A stretch of 63,351 bases of DNA, the filler included. It is 6 parts of 6 records of this genome, joined end to end, with 100 filler letters (N's around TTAATTAATTAA, not from the genome) between each part and the next. Parts side by side here need not be neighbours in the genome. Positions count along the whole stretch, not along the records: positions 39,049 to 56,211 come from SRR2962707_2494; 5 more parts are not named here. The stretch is one strand, 5' to 3'. Positions 44,101 through 54,061 of this stretch are shown piece after piece. A program made the position numbers and the translations under genes. Positions within the stretch are counted from its first letter, which is position 1, and each line of letters starts with the position of its first letter. Below the pieces are notes generated by a model. It saw only the letters and a list, made by a program, of their open reading frames with translations. It searched no databases and was not told where the DNA came from.

Positions 44101-44854
44101 CTAACTTGTCCAGCCTCAGCTTGAGCTGCAGCAGGTCGCCACGGTATTGGGTATCAGCACGGGTAACCATCACCCGAATTGCCAGCCAGTCCTCAAACTC
44201 GTTTTTGTCTACCACCGACAACACTGAACCGGGCGCGCCTTTGGGCTCCGGTTTTAAGGGCGACTCCAGACTGCGGCTCATGTAATGCCAGAGCACCCGC
44301 TGGCGCCCCTGAATCTGGCCGGATGCATCCATCAACTCATTGGCAAGCTGGTCGTTTGGGGCTTTCTGGGCCGCAATACGCAGTGCCTCCACCGTCTGGA
44401 CAAAACAGGCATCCATGAGTGGTTCAATAAACCGCGTGACGGTTTTGGCACACTGGTGAAGCACAAACTGAACGCGTTCACTGGGGGCGCGAAGTGATGA
44501 CCGGGCCTGATCCCCGGAACTGCCACACAACTGCAGCATTGCGCTGAAGGCATCGGAATCCGGGCGAGTAAAATGCACGCCCATGGCACCATCAATGCGC
44601 CGGACCGGGCTGACATGAAGCTCGTATCGACGATTGCCCTCAAGACCCCGGAACCGAACCACCAGTTCGGTAACACCGCCGCGAGCAAAAGCCCGTTCGA
44701 TTTTGCCTGAAGTTTCGCCCGAATAACGAATGAACATGCCTTCGGCACAGAAATCTGCAATCTGGCAGGGCCACGCCTCACCACTGCCGGCATCTATCTG
44801 AGCGGCAAGTTTGATCGGCTGTCGGGGGCTGCTGCGACGCTCTCTCGGATCCAT
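41105..44854 (-). CDS. PilZ + DUF1631-like helical region + degenerate GGDEF + degenerate EAL protein
   Basis: ERRSSPR...DFCAEG (PilZ); LEVPVLKVVMRDPEFF...PVRGVMNRLA and FVFVNHQGMR (DUF1631-like); HDELTRLLNRR...GGNEF; YEIL...GNFGSG...LIKIDSAF...YAQGF. Confidence 0.88.
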   Translation of the reverse strand: MDPRERRSSPRQPIKLAAQIDAGSGEAWPCQIADFCAEGMFIRYSGETSGKIERAFARGGVTELVVRFRGLEGNRRYELHVSPVRRIDGAMGVHFTRPDSDAFSAMLQLCGSSGDQARSSLRAPSERVQFVLHQCAKTVTRFIEPLMDACFVQTVEALRIAAQKAPNDQLANELMDASGQIQGRQRVLWHYMSRSLESPLKPEPKGAPGSVLSVVDKNEFEDWLAIRVMVTRADTQYRGDLLQLKLRLDKLGIANRTGHHNPLGPALVCEAFHNALAQLKVSRDVEKVCLKTFEQTVIKQLEPLYRELNNILIRHGVLPDLDLSRYLSEQAPARKEPPAEVLKPEPETPLEKPQPEAPESKPGQTARGLKNRVAGEFRGYARAAQTAFATVRNLLTTLQASRVENGEATPEPFPANARPLSQGELHRELQELQLRAAAPEEPAVPLRDRVVEKIRETGDTRLNTEQQDTLDVVDRFFRSVVDSPKLSDYAQSRMRQLEVPVLKVVMRDPEFFEDQDSPVRGVMNRLAQLGVKGGRLNPVVQRRVDELIHRIATEFEQDTGVFEQTVGELDTLIDRQNLVYRRNVERVTAAAEGAQKVAESKTAVASALESKLAGRKVPRALVSLLDGGWRDLLSLTWIRQGPDSQLWQDYLAVIDSLMAFAEDPDSSINLPELLRLIQDGLASISSNHMPSSQIRDELKQFLVRRPDKAPEMVEMPAVSGVRPDKQVLSEREQRSLQRWINRAQQLRTGDWLRDQTKAEDPQYIRLVWIARGFSRFVFVNHQGMRVVELELEALARQMRKGIIVPDNQYDRPLVDESIDRMVRNVYDQLSWASTHDELTRLLNRREFERMLEQQLARREDSRTLLQLDLRGFRLLNDTAGYQAGDETLKRVAEVICRHVGDGMPVARPGGNEFAMLVPEEQGPEIAKALLEAIADEPFEYGGRCYTLNANVGLAPELPALISAEKWLKAAEQALNSARDKGPGRFSIYTLDADDQARQEQIAARVAGLSNPDEERMLLRCQKIIPLHGSTRMGAQYEILISMYDDSGQLITGQDFVRMAERYDRMQAVDRWVVGHMLDWLRDQSPDPRHVGGVCINLSGYSLNDQSLLEFIYEKLSEKDAPIERLWFELTEASAIHDLQSVADFMLEMKELGCRFCLGNFGSGPSSFQFMRSLPVDLIKIDSAFTGQLAANQTDQAMVRSMVDMAHYMEREVIASQVESREVLDMLRQLGVDYAQGFVVEKPRLLTSLV

Positions 44855-45040
44855 GAACTACCTGACCAGTTGCAAAGCCGGCATGTTGCCGGATGCGGAA
44901 ATCCGGCCAACGTCCCTGAGTGGGTGTAGGTTCGAGCTGTTATGATAAGGCCTGCGGCGGTCGGTTAAAAATCTGTGACAGCCGTCGGCGGATAAGGAAT
45001 TGTACAGCCTCATACCCACAACATCATAATATGATGATTC

Positions 45041-46111
45041 ATGAGACAGCTTAGTCAGATCTATCTCCTTTTGCTACTGGTAACACCCCTGAATGGCTGT
45101 ACGACCATTGGCTACTATGGCCAGGCCATTGGCGGCCATGTGTCCCTGATGATGAAGGCCAGGCCCATCAACCAGGTAACCACAGCACCGGAAACCGACC
45201 CGGAACTTCGCCGACGGCTTGAGCTGGCAGCACAAGCACGAGAATTCGCGGCGAAAGAACTGGCCTTGCCGGTAGACGATGCCTTCAGTAAATACGTGGC
45301 GCTGGGGCGGCCATGGGTGGTGGTGAATCTGGTCGCCGTGCCGGAGTTTTCGCTTACCCCCCACCAATGGTGTTATCCGTTTGTGGGCTGCCAGTCGTAT
45401 CGCGGGTACTTCCAGCTAGCCGACGCCCGACAGGAGCAGACGGCCTTTCGCGAACGCCATTATGATACCTTTATCGGCGCCGTTACCGCCTACTCCACCC
45501 TGGGCTGGTTCGATGATCCGCTGCATACCGGGTTCACCTCCCTGGCGGATGACCGCATGGTCGCCCTGATGTTTCACGAGCTGGCCCACCGCGTGCTCTA
45601 TATCAACGGTGATACCGCCTTTAACGAGAGCTTTGCCACTGCCGTGGAACTGGAAGGGCTTCGGCTCTGGCTGAAGCGGCAAGGGGCATCTGAGGGTTTT
45701 GAGCGCGCTCTGGCGCGATTACAGCACCGGCAAAAGACTCTGGAACTGGTCGCCGCCACCAGCGAGCAACTCCAACAACTTTATGCCCGCCAGGATACGA
45801 TGGACAAATCCACGCTGCGGGCGCGCAAGGCCCAACTGCTCGACGAACTGGCCCGGGACTACGCCAACCTGGCCGACCAATATGAAGAGCCGGGGCCTTT
45901 CGGCCCGCCGCCGGTGCGGCTGAATAATGCACAGCTGGCACTGTTCCGCCAGTACAACCAGCATGTTCCCGCCTTCCGACAGATGCTGAAAGAGCTGGAC
46001 TACCACTTCAGCGAGTTTTACCGGGCCGTCAGGGAGCTTTCCCGGCAACCGGCGGACAGTCGATCTGCGCAGTTGAATTTGCTGTCAGAGCGGTTTGTAG
46101 AAAACCTTTGA
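45041..46111 (+). CDS. putative zinc aminopeptidase lipoprotein (DUF2265-like)
   Basis: LNGC lipobox; WCYPFVGCQSYRGYF, AYSTLGWFDDP, FHELAH...FNESFA. Confidence 0.85.
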   Translation: MRQLSQIYLLLLLVTPLNGCTTIGYYGQAIGGHVSLMMKARPINQVTTAPETDPELRRRLELAAQAREFAAKELALPVDDAFSKYVALGRPWVVVNLVAVPEFSLTPHQWCYPFVGCQSYRGYFQLADARQEQTAFRERHYDTFIGAVTAYSTLGWFDDPLHTGFTSLADDRMVALMFHELAHRVLYINGDTAFNESFATAVELEGLRLWLKRQGASEGFERALARLQHRQKTLELVAATSEQLQQLYARQDTMDKSTLRARKAQLLDELARDYANLADQYEEPGPFGPPPVRLNNAQLALFRQYNQHVPAFRQMLKELDYHFSEFYRAVRELSRQPADSRSAQLNLLSERFVENL

Positions 46112-47392
46112 ATTGCGCTGGGTGTTGTATGAGGCCAGCTTTGGCCCCGGCAGATCCTGCACGGCGGTGGGTACGAAACCGCGTTCCCGGAACCAGTGTT
46201 CGGTTTGGGTAGTCAGCACAAACAGTTTGTGGACACCCTGGCCCCGGGCCAGCTTTTCAACCATGGCGAGAATCTCGTCACCACGGCCGGCGCGTCGGTA
46301 GGAGGGGTCGACCGCAAAACAGGACAACTCTCCGGAGCCCTCCTCCGGATAATGGTATAGCGCGGCGCAGCCGACAATGGTGCCGTCCCGCTCCGCCACC
46401 ACAAACCGGTCAATTTCGGTTTCCAGCATTTCCCGGGAGCGGCGAACCAGCACGCCCTGCTCTTCCAGCGGCTGAATCAGCTCCAGAATGCCCCCGATAT
46501 CTTCTACCCGCGCCTGGCGAATCTGTTCGTAGTTATCACCGCTGACCAGGGTGCCGGAACCATCGCGGGTAAACAGCTCCTCCAGCAGGGCGCCGTCTTC
46601 GACATAACTGATGATGTGGGCACGCCGAACGCCTTTGACACAGGCATCGCAGGCGGCCTTGAGCAAGGCCGCGTCGTGGCCGGTGACGGCATTGTCGTTC
46701 AGGCGTTCGGAGGCCTGACGGGCGGACAACTCACGTATCAGGCTGCCATCTTCTTCGAGTAGGCCTTCGTCGTCGATGAAGACAATCAGCTTCTCCGCCT
46801 GCAGCGCCGCGGCCACCTGGCTGCCAACATCCTCATAGGAAAGGTTGAAGGCATCACCGGTGGGCGAATAGCCCATTGGCGGCAGCAAAACAATATGCCC
46901 CAGCTCCAGCAATTGCTCGATGCCTCGGGTATCAACACGGCGGACGCGGCCGGTATAGCCAAAATCAATGCCATCCAGCACGCCAACGGGTTTGGCGGTG
47001 ACGTAGTTGCCGCTGCTGACCCGAATCCGGGCGTTATGCATGGGTGAGTTCACCAATCCCATGGAGAGCTGGCTTTCCAGGTAGGCCCTGAGCCCGCCAA
47101 TGGCTTCCATAACCATCGGCAGATGGTTATCGGGGGTGATGCGCAAGCCCCGTGCGAAGGAGGATTCCAGGCCGGCATCATCCAGTCGCGACTGAATCTG
47201 GGGGCGGCCACCGAACGCCACCACCAACTTGACGCCAAGGCTGCCGAGCAAAGCGATGTCGTGGATGATGTTGATAAAATTGCGGTGCTCGATGGCATCC
47301 CCGGGCATGGTCAGGACGACGGTTCGGCCGCGATGGGCGTTGATGTACGGAGAGGAATGGCGGAATCCGTGCAGCCAGTCGTTTGATTTCAA
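46085..47392 (-). CDS. argA: amino-acid N-acetyltransferase (N-acetylglutamate synthase)
   Basis: FRHSSPYINAHRGRT, LLEELFTRDGSGT, C-terminal GNAT, ends RNSKVFYKPL. Confidence 0.96.
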   Translation of the reverse strand: MKSNDWLHGFRHSSPYINAHRGRTVVLTMPGDAIEHRNFINIIHDIALLGSLGVKLVVAFGGRPQIQSRLDDAGLESSFARGLRITPDNHLPMVMEAIGGLRAYLESQLSMGLVNSPMHNARIRVSSGNYVTAKPVGVLDGIDFGYTGRVRRVDTRGIEQLLELGHIVLLPPMGYSPTGDAFNLSYEDVGSQVAAALQAEKLIVFIDDEGLLEEDGSLIRELSARQASERLNDNAVTGHDAALLKAACDACVKGVRRAHIISYVEDGALLEELFTRDGSGTLVSGDNYEQIRQARVEDIGGILELIQPLEEQGVLVRRSREMLETEIDRFVVAERDGTIVGCAALYHYPEEGSGELSCFAVDPSYRRAGRGDEILAMVEKLARGQGVHKLFVLTTQTEHWFRERGFVPTAVQDLPGPKLASYNTQRNSKVFYKPL

Positions 47393-47476
47393 ACCTTTAT
47401 TCCTTATACCCTGATAATGCTTGCCAAGAATGGCGAATGCCGGGACGGTTTTCCGCCCGCCTTACCGTTAGTCTAC

Positions 47477-48640
47477 TCAAAGACAGAACCTTTTGATCAA
47501 TCCCTTGAGGATATCCACCGTCGGCTGCAACTGGGACAGTTCAAGAAACTCGTCCGGCTGGTGCGCCTGGTCGATCGAACCTGGCCCCATCACCAGGGTC
47601 TCCAACCCCAGCTGCTGCAGCCAGGGTGCCTCCGTGGCAAAAGCAACGGCGTGTGCCGTGTGGCCCGTGAGTTTCTCACAGGCTTTGACCAGAGCGGCGT
47701 CGGCCGGGGTTTCAAACGGCGGTACGCCGTCAAACAGGGGGGCAAACGTGAGTTTGAGTTCCCGCCGCTCGGCCAGAGGCTGCATCCGGTCAAGAATCGC
47801 CTGGCGCAGGGTCTCCATGTTCATGCCCGGCAGCGGACGCAGGTCGAAGTGCAATTCGCATTGGGCGCAGATGCGATTGGGATTGTCACCACCGTGGATA
47901 CAGCCCAGGTTCAGGGTGGGCACCTGTACCTCGAAGTTGGGATTGCGGTACTTTTCCTGCCATTCGCTGCGCAGGGCCAGAAGTTCGCCGAGCGCCTCGT
48001 GCATGCCTTCCAGCGCGTTGCGGCCCAGGGCCGGGTTGGAGGAATGGCCCGATTGCCCGTCAAACCGCAACCGTTCCATCATGATGCCCTTGTGCATGCG
48101 CACTGGTTTGAGATTGGTGGGCTCGCCGATCACCGCGTAACGGGCTTTCGGTTTGCCGGCTTCTGCCAGTGCCCGGGCGCCATTCATCGAGCTTTCTTCG
48201 TCAGCAGTGGCCAGGATAATCAGCGGCTGCTGCAAGGGCTCGCCGGCAAAGGCTCTGGCGGCTTCAATGGCCAGCGGGAAAAAGCCCTTCATGTCGCAGG
48301 TGCCCAGACCGTACCAGCGGTTGTCCTTTTCCGTGAGACTGAACGGATCACTTTGCCAGCGTTTGTCGTCAAACGGTACGGTGTCGGTATGGCCTGAAAG
48401 TACCAGTCCACCCGGACCGCTACCCAGAGTGGCGATCAGATTGAACTTGCCGGGCATGCCCGGCACTTCCATGATCTCGACGGTAAACCCCAGGGGTTCG
48501 AGCCACTCTGCCAGCAGGCGGACCACACCTTCATTACTGTGATCCCACTCCGGCGAGGCACTGCTGATGGATGGCAATGAAATCAGCCGGGCCAGCATTT
48601 CCCTGATACCCGGCACCCCTGTGCTTGCGTTTACGGTCAC
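47477..48640 (-). CDS. argE: acetylornithine deacetylase
   Basis: LSGHTDTVP, GLGTCDMKGF, TADEESSM, IGEPT, GPGSIDQAHQPDE. Confidence 0.95.
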   Translation of the reverse strand: MTVNASTGVPGIREMLARLISLPSISSASPEWDHSNEGVVRLLAEWLEPLGFTVEIMEVPGMPGKFNLIATLGSGPGGLVLSGHTDTVPFDDKRWQSDPFSLTEKDNRWYGLGTCDMKGFFPLAIEAARAFAGEPLQQPLIILATADEESSMNGARALAEAGKPKARYAVIGEPTNLKPVRMHKGIMMERLRFDGQSGHSSNPALGRNALEGMHEALGELLALRSEWQEKYRNPNFEVQVPTLNLGCIHGGDNPNRICAQCELHFDLRPLPGMNMETLRQAILDRMQPLAERRELKLTFAPLFDGVPPFETPADAALVKACEKLTGHTAHAVAFATEAPWLQQLGLETLVMGPGSIDQAHQPDEFLELSQLQPTVDILKGLIKRFCL

Positions 48641-48661
48641 TTATTGCCTCCCGTCCCGGCG

Positions 48662-49903
48662 CTATTCCGGGCGGCCCCGGCGCCAGACTTCAAATTGTGT
48701 AATGGCACGAATCAGAATGGGGTACGCCACTTCGCCCCCGGCCACTGTGCGGGCGATTTCCATATCCCGCTCGCCAACGCTGACCAGTCGCCCCTCAACC
48801 TGGTTTTCATTCGAGAGCGTAACCTTTACGCGCCGGCCAAGCCAGGTATTGGCGCTCTCAACACTGTCAGGGTACCACTGCTCAAAATCCGGGTCTTCCG
48901 GCGGTACCACAGGCTCCATTGCCTGCGCAGGCAATGCTGGTTCCACCCGTTGCATTTCGGTCAGGTACACATCCGGCACGGTGGCACCGTTATAGGATAC
49001 GCGCAGGCTGACGGTGTTTTCCGAATCGGTGCGTACGGGCAGCCCGAAGGTTTCCGAGCCGGGTGCAAGCATCATGGTCACCTCACCCCCTTCGGTCAGC
49101 CATTGCCGATACAGTGCCAGCAATTGCGGACTGGCTTCCAGGCCCCGAGCCTGCAGCCCTTTCTCCAATGCCGCGACACCCCGCCCGGCCCAGTCGCTGA
49201 CCTCCAGCCCGGTCTCGCGGGCACAATAGGCAGAGAGGCGGCGCATCAGACCCGCGTCACGAACGGTCAGTTGCAGTGGCCCGGCCCCCATGGAGGCCGG
49301 GTCGGCCAGATTGCCCATGGTCAGTCTGGCGTCTGGCCAAACCAGCTCCAGGCTTCCGGTTTCACGGGTATTCAGTTCAAAACGCAGGGCATCGGGGGTC
49401 TGCTCCAGCAACATGTCGCCCCGGATATCAGGAATCCCCATACGCATCAAATCCCCACTGCCCAGTTGCTGCCTTGGGTCCGGCGCACAGGACAGATTGG
49501 CTAGCGGGGCCTGGGCAGTTTCATCCGGCGCCGCCGTCACCCAGTTCCGGAACATGGTAGGTTCCAGCGTAATGCTGGCGCGCTCAACGGATAGCCGCCA
49601 ACTGGCCGGCAAGCTGTCAGGGCTCATCAGTGTGGTCAACAGAGCGATTGGAGAGCCGGTTTCCAGTTCAATCAGGTCCATCTGCAATGGCTGAGTAAGC
49701 TGGAAGTCCTCCCAGTGCGCCTGCCGGAGGATGACCCGGCCATCCACAGAGGAGCTGATGCTCCCCCGCTCGAGTACACCGGATTCCGATAGTACCGTGC
49801 GCGCCTCTGCCAGACGCTGGTCCGTCAGCCACCAGACGCCGGCTTTAAAGCCGGCGAAGGCCACTATTCCTGTGATAACGAGAAATGACAGCAGGCGTTT
49901 CAT
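48662..49903 (-). CDS. hypothetical membrane-anchored/exported protein
   Basis: 413-aa ORF collinear between argB and argE; N-terminal hydrophobic segment; no family recognised. Confidence 0.75.
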   Translation of the reverse strand: MKRLLSFLVITGIVAFAGFKAGVWWLTDQRLAEARTVLSESGVLERGSISSSVDGRVILRQAHWEDFQLTQPLQMDLIELETGSPIALLTTLMSPDSLPASWRLSVERASITLEPTMFRNWVTAAPDETAQAPLANLSCAPDPRQQLGSGDLMRMGIPDIRGDMLLEQTPDALRFELNTRETGSLELVWPDARLTMGNLADPASMGAGPLQLTVRDAGLMRRLSAYCARETGLEVSDWAGRGVAALEKGLQARGLEASPQLLALYRQWLTEGGEVTMMLAPGSETFGLPVRTDSENTVSLRVSYNGATVPDVYLTEMQRVEPALPAQAMEPVVPPEDPDFEQWYPDSVESANTWLGRRVKVTLSNENQVEGRLVSVGERDMEIARTVAGGEVAYPILIRAITQFEVWRRGRPE

Positions 49904-49926
49904 CCGGTAACTCCCGGCCAGAAGTA

Positions 49927-50832
<906 letters not shown>

Positions 50833-50857
50833 TTAATCCTTACGACAGTAATGGGTT

Positions 50858-53503
50858 TCAGAATTCCGCCACCAGGTCTGGTGCCGCTTTCTGCAGTTGC
50901 TCCCGGAACACGGATTTGATCCGCTCCAGTGCCTGTTCTGTTTCGGCTTCAAAGCGCAGAACCAGAACCGGCGTGGTATTGGACGCACGGCATAGGCCCC
51001 AGCCATCGGCATAATCTACCCGAATGCCATCGATGGTACTGATATTGCCGTCACCAAAATCCGCCTGCTGACCTAGCCGTTCAATGATGGCGAACTTGTC
51101 GCTCTCGGTCACCTCGACATTCAGCTCAGGGGTACTGATATCCTCGGGGAAGTCTTCAAAGACTTCATCGGAGTGACGATCCTCAATGCCCAGGATTTCC
51201 AGCAGCCGGGCAGCCGAGTAAAGGCCATCGTCAAAGCCGTACCAGCGTTCGCCGAAGAAAACGTGTCCGCTCATTTCGCCCGCCAGCAGGGCGCCGGTTT
51301 CCTTCATTTTCGCTTTCATCAGGGAATGGCCGGTTTTCCACATGATCGGGCGCCCTCCAGCTTCCGAGATCACGCTGGCCAGCCGGCGGCTGCACTTCAC
51401 GTCATAGAGCACATCCGCGCCGGGATTGCGGGACACCACATCCCTGGCAAAGAGCATCAGCAGGCGATCCGGCCAGATGATCTTGCCGGTATTGGTAACC
51501 ACGCCCAGACGATCACCATCGCCATCAAAGGCCAGCCCGATATCGGCGCCGGTCTCCTTAACCTTGGCAATCAGGTCCTGCAGGTTCGCGGGTTTGCCGG
51601 GGTCCGGGTGATGATTCGGGAAATCACCGTCCACTTCACAATACAGTGGCGTGACTTCACAGCCCAGTTCCTCAACCAGCATGGGGCCCAGCTCTCCGGC
51701 AATGCCGTTACCGGCATCGACCACCACTTTCAACGGCGCCGCCACAGCAATATCACCGACGATACGGTCCAGATAGGCGCGGCGTACGTCGTCCCGGGAT
51801 TGCTCACCCTGCCCTCTGGCAAGGTCGGCGGTCTGGATGCGCTGGTACAGCTTCTGGATAGCTTCACCAGACAGGGTCTCTCCGCCCAGCATGATCTTCA
51901 GGCCGTTATAGTTGGCTGGATTATGGCTACCGGTCACCATAACGCCAGAACCGGTCTGCAGGTGATGGGTTGCAAAGTACAGCACCGGCGTAGGTATGGC
52001 CCCCAGGTGAATGATGTTACAACCGGTCGCCATGATGCCGCGCCCCAGGGCATCAGCCAATTCCGGACTGGAGTGCCGGCCATCGTAGCCAATACAGATA
52101 TCTGTGACACCACGCTCGGTCGCTTCCGAGCCGATCGCGCGACCAATGACTTCAACCACCTCTGCCGAAAGGGTCTGACCAACGATGCCCCGGATGTCAT
52201 AGGCGCGGAAGATTTCCGGGTTGATCTGAACCGAAGGCACCTCGGCCTCAGCAACTTCAGGAATGTCCTCGTCGAACAGGGAATCCTCGGAGCCACCAAA
52301 GCCGAGCACATCCTCGTCACCATCGAGCATGTCAATGTCCGGCATGTCCTTGTCCTGAAAGAGTGGTTCATCCTCCGCCGTCGCTGCCTTGCGGCGGGCA
52401 GGAGCCGCTTTGGGCGCAGCCGACTCCGCGGCCTTGGCCACCCGCTTCTCAACCATCTGGGACAGACGGAACAGCACTTCTCCGGTGGACGCCACCATAT
52501 CCCAGCGCAGAGCCGGCAGTTTCATCCGCTCGCCTCCGAACACCTTGTGGGCCCACTGAATGAGCGCGGTCACATCCTGACGTATTCCACGCTGAGCGTT
52601 GCCAAGAAGCATCCAGACCAGAATCGCCGCCACCAGCGCAGGCACCCCCACCAGAATCGCCAGGAGAATGGTGCTTACCGGCGCCACCGGTGCCGAGGCC
52701 GGTTGGTAACGGACGGACCAGTCCGGGTTGATCAGGGTGCGAGACAGCTCAGGGCCGCTGCCGTTACCGGCGCTGGCCACCGTTCGTGAAGCGCCGGACA
52801 CGGATTGGACCAGTGACAGCTGGCCCCCGAGTTGCGGGTTGCTCACGGCCAGCATTGGCCGTATGTGGGAGGCTTCAAAAACCGCCAGCACGCTACCAAC
52901 CACGGCATTGCTTGTGGGATGACGGACTGCCGCGGCAAATTGCAGATACCACTGATTGTCGCGGGGGAAGGCGTCCGGCAACAGGTTCTGTCCATTTTCT
53001 GCCCGCCGGGCCAGTTCCAGGCCCGCAAATCCCAGCAGGGTATCGCCGTTACCGGTCCGGGGCACTTCCCGGTAAGGGAAGACAAACACCTGAGCGGAAC
53101 CGGGCAGCGCCGTTTGCAATTGTCCGGTGAGATTGGCCAGATCAGACCGCTCGGCCAGAGCAAGGGCAGCGTAACGCTGGTTCGCCACCGCCCGAACCTG
53201 TTCCTGCAGCGTCGTCAGTGACTGATTCAGGCGACGTTGCGCACTGTCTACCTCCATGGCGCTGGCCGCCTCATAGCGGGCCTCTCCCGCGGGCACCACC
53301 ACCAGAAAGTGGGCCAGCACCACCGCGACCACGCCGGCCACCAGCACCACCAGCGATTGGTTCAACCCGACCGATCCGAGTTTCTTCAAACCGGAGCCAG
53401 CGGCTTCTTTTGACGTTTTGGACGGTTTCTGTTTCTTTCCGGGTTTCTTGTCCGGCTGTTCATCACCGGAAGACGCGTTGGTTTTTTTCTTGGCGAATTT
53501 CAT
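50858..53503 (-). CDS. algC: phosphomannomutase/phosphoglucomutase with long N-terminal membrane-associated extension
   Basis: C-terminal ~460 aa: IFRAYDIRG, TGSHNP, FDGDGDR, GEMSGH, RASNTTP; dut-algC-argB synteny. Confidence 0.92.
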   Translation of the reverse strand: MKFAKKKTNASSGDEQPDKKPGKKQKPSKTSKEAAGSGLKKLGSVGLNQSLVVLVAGVVAVVLAHFLVVVPAGEARYEAASAMEVDSAQRRLNQSLTTLQEQVRAVANQRYAALALAERSDLANLTGQLQTALPGSAQVFVFPYREVPRTGNGDTLLGFAGLELARRAENGQNLLPDAFPRDNQWYLQFAAAVRHPTSNAVVGSVLAVFEASHIRPMLAVSNPQLGGQLSLVQSVSGASRTVASAGNGSGPELSRTLINPDWSVRYQPASAPVAPVSTILLAILVGVPALVAAILVWMLLGNAQRGIRQDVTALIQWAHKVFGGERMKLPALRWDMVASTGEVLFRLSQMVEKRVAKAAESAAPKAAPARRKAATAEDEPLFQDKDMPDIDMLDGDEDVLGFGGSEDSLFDEDIPEVAEAEVPSVQINPEIFRAYDIRGIVGQTLSAEVVEVIGRAIGSEATERGVTDICIGYDGRHSSPELADALGRGIMATGCNIIHLGAIPTPVLYFATHHLQTGSGVMVTGSHNPANYNGLKIMLGGETLSGEAIQKLYQRIQTADLARGQGEQSRDDVRRAYLDRIVGDIAVAAPLKVVVDAGNGIAGELGPMLVEELGCEVTPLYCEVDGDFPNHHPDPGKPANLQDLIAKVKETGADIGLAFDGDGDRLGVVTNTGKIIWPDRLLMLFARDVVSRNPGADVLYDVKCSRRLASVISEAGGRPIMWKTGHSLMKAKMKETGALLAGEMSGHVFFGERWYGFDDGLYSAARLLEILGIEDRHSDEVFEDFPEDISTPELNVEVTESDKFAIIERLGQQADFGDGNISTIDGIRVDYADGWGLCRASNTTPVLVLRFEAETEQALERIKSVFREQLQKAAPDLVAEF

Positions 53504-53599
53504 AATGCATCCCGCAGTTATTTTCTTTCCCGGATAGGTGTGTATCCGCTGAGTATAGACGCCGGCCAGTTATCTCGCTGCCAGGTAAAGATGCCCGAC

Positions 53600-54061
53600 T
53601 CAGTGGCTCCCGGTGGAGCCAAAGCCACCTTCACCCCGGTCACTGGCATCAAATTCGGTCACAATCTCGAAATCCGCCTGTACCACAGGCACCAGCACCA
53701 TCTGGGCAATACGTTCGCCCACCTCGATGGTGAATGGCGTCTGGCCCCGGTTCCAGCAGGACACCATCAACTCGCCCTGATAGTCGGAATCGATCAACCC
53801 CACCAGATTGCCGAGCACGATCCCATGCTTGTGTCCGAGTCCGCTCCGGGGCAGGATCATGGCAGCCAACCCCGGGTCGGCAATATGCACAGACAGGCCG
53901 GTGGGAATCAGGTGGGTCTCACCCGGCATAACGGTCTTGGCTTCCTTTAATGCCGCCCGGAGATCAAGGCCTGCAGAGCCTTCCGTAGCGTATTCGGGAA
54001 ATGGAATCGCGGTACCAATGCGATCATCCAGAACCCGTACCTCAAACTTTCTTTTACTCAT
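53600..54061 (-). CDS. dut: dUTP diphosphatase
   Basis: [35 protein letters not shown]. Confidence 0.97.
   Translation of the reverse strand: MSKRKFEVRVLDDRIGTAIPFPEYATEGSAGLDLRAALKEAKTVMPGETHLIPTGLSVHIADPGLAAMILPRSGLGHKHGIVLGNLVGLIDSDYQGELMVSCWNRGQTPFTIEVGERIAQMVLVPVVQADFEIVTEFDASDRGEGGFGSTGSH

Noticed and set aside
51173-52789. 538-aa plus-strand ORF, and similar long ORFs at 54001-55293, 47417-48397, 49885-50919 and 2932-3774
   Set aside because: Antisense shadows of well-supported genes in GC-rich DNA; no motifs of their own
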